NCBI GenBank assembly: GCA_965662845.1
Contig: CBFIJD010000001.1
Location: 110,194-122,945, forward strand
DNA from: an uncultured bacterium
GTDB lineage: Bacteria; SAR324; NAC60-12
DNA length: 12,752 nucleotides
Direction: 5' to 3'
Both the position numbers and the translations under genes were made by a program. Below are positions 8,519 through 12,752 of this stretch, piece by piece (positions within the stretch are counted from its first letter, which is position 1; each line of letters starts with the position of its first letter). A model generated the notes under the pieces. That model had not been told where the DNA came from, did not search any database, and saw only the letters and a list, made by a program, of their open reading frames with translations.

Positions 8519-8860
8519 ATGAAAATTACACACATGACGGAAGGCGATATTTGCACGGTGAACACCGAGGGACAATTTGCGATGGAGTCGGTGAGCGCCA
8601 TCAAAAAGTACATGCAGCCGCTCGTGGCGGACGAAAGTATCAAAACACTGTTGATTGACTTCGCCCAAGTCGGGTTCATTGACTCGGGAGGGGTGGGTCT
8701 CGTCGTGATGACCTCGATGAGTTTGAAGCAGCGCGGCGCCAACTTCGCCCTCGTCAATGTCAACCGCGAGGTGACAGAGATCTTCAACCTCTGCGGGCTG
8801 GGTGACCAAATCAGCATTTTCGCGACCAAGGACGAAGCTGTCGCCCAATTCAACCCGTGA
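8519..8860 (+). CDS. STAS-domain anti-sigma factor antagonist-like protein (SpoIIAA/RsbV family)
   Basis: 113 aa. LLIDFAQVGFIDSGGVGLVV matches the SpoIIAA-type F-x-D-S-x-G-L-G motif, with the phosphorylatable Ser at residue 56 (nt 8684). It ends with the family pattern VTEIFNLCGL..IFATKDEAV. Confidence 0.92.
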   Translation: MKITHMTEGDICTVNTEGQFAMESVSAIKKYMQPLVADESIKTLLIDFAQVGFIDSGGVGLVVMTSMSLKQRGANFALVNVNREVTEIFNLCGLGDQISIFATKDEAVAQFNP

Positions 8861-8887
8861 CCTTAAGCCAAGGCCGGGAAAGACCTC

Positions 8888-9289
8888 GTGTGGGTGCTGA
8901 TTCAAGTGGGTGCCCACACAGCCGAAATGCTCAGCGGCACAGAGCCGACCCCTGTATATTTACGAAGCCTCCCCTTGCTCAGCCTTGCGGCCAACGATGT
9001 GGTGCTAGTTCCTTTAGAGCGCGCCGCTTTTCCGGGGATGCACCAAATCAGCGCCGTCATTATGGACTTGCTCGAAGTTGACGAGCAGTTGGAATACATC
9101 AACGACTCAGAGATTTGTTTGCATTGCAGCTCTGAAACCTCCGGCATTGTGAAGCGCATCGTTCAGCGATTACAGGAGCTGCGTCTTTTAGAGGGTGTGC
9201 TCATCGCCACTGCCACCAAAGGGCCTTGCGTCATTCAATACCCCCCGGAACTTGAGGGGAAGTCGCCCCTGCAATTAGATCTTTTGTAA
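8888..9289 (+). CDS. Hypothetical protein, possibly a degenerate GGDEF-like fold
   Basis: 133-aa ORF filling the gap after the STAS gene on the same strand, with a GTG start preceded by GGGAAAG and a globular-looking composition. The fold suggestion is by eye only. Confidence 0.65.
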   Translation: MWVLIQVGAHTAEMLSGTEPTPVYLRSLPLLSLAANDVVLVPLERAAFPGMHQISAVIMDLLEVDEQLEYINDSEICLHCSSETSGIVKRIVQRLQELRLLEGVLIATATKGPCVIQYPPELEGKSPLQLDLL

Positions 9290-9295
9290 AGGCTC

Positions 9296-9360
9296 TGGTG
9301 AAGACAGTGGAGGCTCCACCTATTGCGTGACGCCCCAATCGCCTCCACTCTCGCTCACCA
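9296..9360. repeat. Long imperfect inverted repeat (stem-loop) just after the orphan gene
   Basis: Nested pairs TGGTGA(9296-9301)/TCACCA(9355-9360), AGTGGAGGC(9306-9314)/GCCTCCACT(9341-9349) and ATTG(9322-9325)/CAAT(9336-9339). Confidence 0.7.
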
Positions 9361-9393
9361 CGCACACTCTCTGCAATACAAAGCGCTCTACCG

Positions 9394-9433
9394 AAATCGT
9401 CAGACAAATCGTCAGGAATAGCCAGATTTGTCT
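9394..9433. promoter_or_regulatory. Candidate operator upstream of cheA2: overlapping direct and inverted repeats
   Basis: Direct repeat AAATCGTCAG at 9394-9403 and 9406-9415. Perfect 9-bp inverted repeat AGACAAATC(9402-9410)-N14-GATTTGTCT(9425-9433). A regulatory role is inferred from position only. Confidence 0.4.
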
Positions 9434-9470
9434 TCTGCAATGAACCGCGCCATCGACTGAAATTGGATTC

Positions 9471-11519
9471 ATGGAAACTTTAGAAGTCGTCTACAGCAAC
9501 GAAGATTTTGAATCGCTACAGGCGTTTCTAGCCGACACAGACGACTTGATCGAAGCGATGGAAAGTAATGTGTTGCTGTTAGAAGACGCGCAAGACAAAG
9601 ACATCGTCAACAGCGTGTTCCGGCCGATGCACACCATCAAAGGGACTACCGGTTTTCTAGGGCTGCCGCACATCAACCGCTTGAGTCATGAGACCGAGTT
9701 CTTGCTCGATGACATGCGCAACGAGCGCTGCGCCGTCTCTTCCCACCTGATCAACCTGCTGCTGAATTCCATCGACATGCTGAAGCTGATGTTTCAGCAG
9801 CTGCAAGCCGCGATTGACCAAAAGAAAAAAGTCGATGAAGGGTGGCGCATTGAGCTGACCCCCCTGCAGTACGAGCCGATTGTCGAGGCCATCCAAAACG
9901 CTCGCCAAGCCGAAGAAACGCAAGAGAAGCGAGAAGAAGAAGTCGACTTTACCGTCCCTCAACTCGCACGCGAAGACGCTGTGGAGTTCATCAAAAAAGT
10001 GACGAAAGGCTTCAACCTGCTGCGTAGCGAGCTTCAGCACTTCAGCCACAAAACCTCCCCCGAAACCCTCGAAATCGCGCTTAAGCAACTACGTCAAGCC
10101 GCCGAGGCCATCCAGTTTACAGACCTGCTCACAGAGCTGAACTCCCTCACCAACGTCATCGATTTCCTCTACAACGGCCCTGAGGAGATGCACGAGGTCA
10201 TGCTGCAGTCGGCACGGGATTCTCTGCGCTTGGTCGGGAAAATGATCGATCCGACGCCCTTCCTCAATGACCCAGGAGACGCCGAACCAAAGAAGGAAGA
10301 GAAGCCGAAAGATGCGCCCGTCCAAAGCCGACGAGCGAGCGACCGCGATGACCTTGCCTCCATTCGAGTGCCCAGTGAACGTCTCGATCAGTTCATGAAC
10401 TTGATTGGGGAGTTAGTCATCCAGAAGAATTTGTTCGAGAACCTCGCGACTACGCTCCGCACCAAAAATCTGAACGAAGAGAGCAAGTCCGTCAAAGATG
10501 CCGGGATGTCTGTCAGTCGCATTGTTGATGAGCTGAGTTCCGTGATGATGACGATTCGCATGATCCCCGTGAAGACGGTCTTCGCGCGCTTTCCGAGAAT
10601 GGTGCGAGACTTGTCAAATCAGTTTGACAAGAAGGCCAAACTCGTGATGGAAGGAGAAGACACCCAACTCGACAAAAACGTCATTGAGAAAATTGGTGAC
10701 CCGTTGGTGCACATGATCCGTAATAGCTTGGATCATGGCCTAGAAACCCCAAGTGAGCGCGAAGCCGCGGGCAAATCCGCAGAGGGCACCATCCGCCTAC
10801 GCGCCATCAGCCAGTCGCAGCAGGTGACCATTCAAGTGATGGACGACGGCAAGGGCCTGCACCGAGATCCCATCGGACGCAAAGCCATTGAAAAAGGCCT
10901 CGTCAGTCCAGAAGAGCTGCAGCAAATGAGCGACAGCGAAGTGTATGGAATGATCATGATGCCAGGCTTCTCAACTGCCGAAAAACTAACCGAAGTGAGC
11001 GGTCGTGGCGTTGGAATGGATGTGGTGCGCAGCAATATTGAAGCGATTGGTGGAACCGTGTCACTCGACAGCGTCTCCGGAGAGGGCACGACCATCTCAA
11101 TGACCATTCCCCTAACATTGACAATGACCCGAGGTTTTGAAATTTCGTGCGGCAAAGAACGCTTTTTGTTGCCAATGGAAAACGTTGTGGAAACCCTGCG
11201 TGTGCCCCAAAGCAACGTCAGAGGCAACGGAAATGGCCTCATGATCAGTTACCGTGACCAAGTTCTGCCACTCTTGCGCTTGCACGAAAAGCTGGGCCTG
11301 CGCCCTGCGCGTGCCGAAGAAGACATGCTCCGCGTCGTTATTCTCAGCGCAGCCCAGTCAGTCTATGCGCTGGAAGTCGACCAAGTCTATCGCGAGATTG
11401 AAATTGTACTGAAACCACTAGGCGTGTTAGGGCAAATCGAAGGCATCTCGGGAGCCGCCATTCAAAGCGACGGTAGCGTCTGCTTAGTGCTGAATCCCAT
11501 CGAGTTGCTCAACCTCTGA
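9471..11519 (+). CDS. cheA: Chemotaxis histidine kinase CheA (copy 2)
   Basis: Hpt VFRPMHTIKGTTGFLGL (His54, nt 9630), SIRV..LDQFMNLIGELVI, kinase boxes HMIRNSLDHG, DDGKGL, PGFSTAE, SGRGVGMDVV, GEGTT, and P5 (YRDQVLPLLRL..IVLKPL..ISGAAIQSDGSVCLVLN). Confidence 0.97.
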   Translation: METLEVVYSNEDFESLQAFLADTDDLIEAMESNVLLLEDAQDKDIVNSVFRPMHTIKGTTGFLGLPHINRLSHETEFLLDDMRNERCAVSSHLINLLLNSIDMLKLMFQQLQAAIDQKKKVDEGWRIELTPLQYEPIVEAIQNARQAEETQEKREEEVDFTVPQLAREDAVEFIKKVTKGFNLLRSELQHFSHKTSPETLEIALKQLRQAAEAIQFTDLLTELNSLTNVIDFLYNGPEEMHEVMLQSARDSLRLVGKMIDPTPFLNDPGDAEPKKEEKPKDAPVQSRRASDRDDLASIRVPSERLDQFMNLIGELVIQKNLFENLATTLRTKNLNEESKSVKDAGMSVSRIVDELSSVMMTIRMIPVKTVFARFPRMVRDLSNQFDKKAKLVMEGEDTQLDKNVIEKIGDPLVHMIRNSLDHGLETPSEREAAGKSAEGTIRLRAISQSQQVTIQVMDDGKGLHRDPIGRKAIEKGLVSPEELQQMSDSEVYGMIMMPGFSTAEKLTEVSGRGVGMDVVRSNIEAIGGTVSLDSVSGEGTTISMTIPLTLTMTRGFEISCGKERFLLPMENVVETLRVPQSNVRGNGNGLMISYRDQVLPLLRLHEKLGLRPARAEEDMLRVVILSAAQSVYALEVDQVYREIEIVLKPLGVLGQIEGISGAAIQSDGSVCLVLNPIELLNL

Positions 11520-11533
11520 AAATAGGAACCAAA

Positions 11534-12622
11534 ATGGAGCAAACCGCAGACCCCGTCTTACTGCAACAACTACACAGCGAAGATTCCGAAGCGCGCGCCA
11601 TGGCAGCCCTGGAGTTGTCACGTTTAGAAGATTTTGGAGCCTTGCAGACGATTGCCCGTCAATTGCTGGAAGAAGAAAATGTCCACGCGGCAGAGGCGAT
11701 GCTGGTTGCTCTGAAGCGCCTGTCAGTGTCTTTTCTCAAACCGCTCACTCCGTTGTTCTACTCCGACAGTCCCATGATCCGAAATGGCGCCGTCGAGATC
11801 TTTCACGATGCGAGCGAAGGCAACTTGTTGCTCATCAGTGAGCTTGCACGCAGTCAGGACAAAGACGTTCGGAAGTTCGCCATTGATTCGCTGCGCGGCA
11901 ACTACTCCAAGACAGCGATCGTCACCATGCGCGACAAGCTCTTTGACCCTGAAGTGAACATTCAGCTCACCGCGGTCGAATACTTAGCCGAGCTGGGCGA
12001 CCAAGAAAGCGCCGGACAAATCCTAGAGCTTTATCGCACCACGACCGTATCCATGCTGCGCTTCACTTGTCTGCGCGCGTTGGCTGACATCAACTGTGAT
12101 CCAATTCGAGACGAAGTTCTCGAGGCCGTGCCCCCCGATTTGTCTGTCTTGAACGCCCTCGAGATCCCCCTCTTCTTGCGGTTGCTCGGACGCTTAGGAC
12201 AACGGGTAGACGTGGAACGGATTGGGGCCTTGTTACAACAAGACTCCAACTTTGTGTCAGAAGCCACCGAAGCCTTGGAAATGTTGCAACGTCGGCTAGA
12301 AATTGAGGCCTTCCCTGAGAGCCTTTGCCAGGTTCTGCGAGAGAAGTTACCCGAGGCCTTGCCGCCTGAACGCACGAGGTTGTTGCGGCTGTTGGGAGAA
12401 AAAGAAAATCAGGATGTCATCCGACAAGCCCGCGCGCAGTTAGCCTCTCCCAACGAAATGGACATTTTGTCTGCCTTGAGCACCTTCCGAGATTTTGGCT
12501 CCGAAGAAGACTTAGCATTGTTAGAAGACCGCGCTGGCGAGCTCGAAGATGAAGTGCTCCTCGAAGAAATCGCCGATACCATGTTTGTCATTACCGGGCG
12601 CTTGTCTGGAGGCGCTTTATGA
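11534..12622 (+). CDS. HEAT-repeat (PBS-lyase-like) protein
   Basis: Roughly 30-aa helical repeats: DSEARAMAALELSRL, ENVHAAEAMLVALKRL, DSPMIRNGAVEIF, DKDVRKFAIDSL, DPEVNIQLTAVEYLAELGD, SMLRFTCLRALADI. RBS AGGA upstream. Confidence 0.88.
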   Translation: MEQTADPVLLQQLHSEDSEARAMAALELSRLEDFGALQTIARQLLEEENVHAAEAMLVALKRLSVSFLKPLTPLFYSDSPMIRNGAVEIFHDASEGNLLLISELARSQDKDVRKFAIDSLRGNYSKTAIVTMRDKLFDPEVNIQLTAVEYLAELGDQESAGQILELYRTTTVSMLRFTCLRALADINCDPIRDEVLEAVPPDLSVLNALEIPLFLRLLGRLGQRVDVERIGALLQQDSNFVSEATEALEMLQRRLEIEAFPESLCQVLREKLPEALPPERTRLLRLLGEKENQDVIRQARAQLASPNEMDILSALSTFRDFGSEEDLALLEDRAGELEDEVLLEEIADTMFVITGRLSGGAL

Positions 12623-12752
12623 AGATGTCTCTCGCCGAATTCACCGAGCTGCGAGATTTGATCTACAAGCGGACGGGCATGTTCTTCGCGGAGAAGAAGC
12701 TCTTTTTTGTACAACGACATGTGCTCGCGCGCGCTAAAGAATGCCGCTTTGC
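12619..12752 (+). CDS. cheR: Chemotaxis methyltransferase CheR, N-terminal fragment (3'-truncated, absent from the ORF track)
   Basis: ATG 12619 overlaps the HEAT gene stop (ATGA), with GGAGG at 12608-12612. It translates MKMSLAEFTELRDLIYKRTGMFFAEKKLFFVQRHVLARAKECRF, matching the CheR N-terminal pattern EF..l..li...tG......K...v..r...R. The frame is open to the window end. Confidence 0.88.
   Translation, partial: MKMSLAEFTELRDLIYKRTGMFFAEKKLFFVQRHVLARAKECRF

Noticed and set aside
9231..9440. 69-aa minus-strand ORF across the intergenic gap
   Set aside because: No recognisable motif or clear RBS, opposite to the operon, overlapping the orphan's 3' end; the region is better explained by its repeats. 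It cannot be fully excluded.
9290..9470. Sigma-28 or sigma-54 promoter, or c-di-GMP riboswitch, in the gap before cheA2
   Set aside because: ACCGAAAT at 9390 only loosely resembles GCCGATAA and has no properly spaced TAAA. I found no GG-N10-GC match with good context and no recognisable c-di-GMP riboswitch core.
120..12737. Many short minus-strand and alternate-frame ORFs (e.g. 1496-1918, 2307-2771, 6122-6655, 8501-8917, 8857-9081, 9657-10088, 12409-12720, 12549-12737)
   Set aside because: They overlap well-supported + strand genes, show no recognisable motifs, and look like ordinary shadow ORFs.
1..12752. Taxonomic assignment, mobile elements, CRISPR arrays, RNA genes
   Set aside because: No marker gene, transposase, integrase, spaced repeat array or tRNA/rRNA-like sequence was seen, and taxonomy cannot be supported without a search.

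Overview
All credible genes lie on the + strand and form a dense chemosensory (che) cluster that is cut at both window edges. Order: 5'-truncated multi-CheW protein (at least 3 CheW domains, the middle one split by a ~115-aa helical insert resembling a degenerate CZB domain), cheB, cheV, a receiver-coiled coil-PP2C (SpoIIE/RsbU-type) phosphatase, cheZ, an Asp-less pseudo-receiver, cheA #1, a STAS anti-anti-sigma-like protein, a 133-aa orphan (possibly a degenerate GGDEF-like fold), a structured 181-bp intergenic region, cheA #2 (apparently with a second, His-less Hpt), a HEAT-repeat protein and the start of cheR. No chemoreceptor, canonical single-domain CheY, anti-sigma kinase, RNA gene, mobile element or CRISPR array is visible. 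The main hypothesis is that a CheA/CheZ module signals into a Ser-phosphatase/STAS partner switch, alongside several apparently inactive pseudo-domains. All domain calls come from reading motifs by eye, not from database searches.
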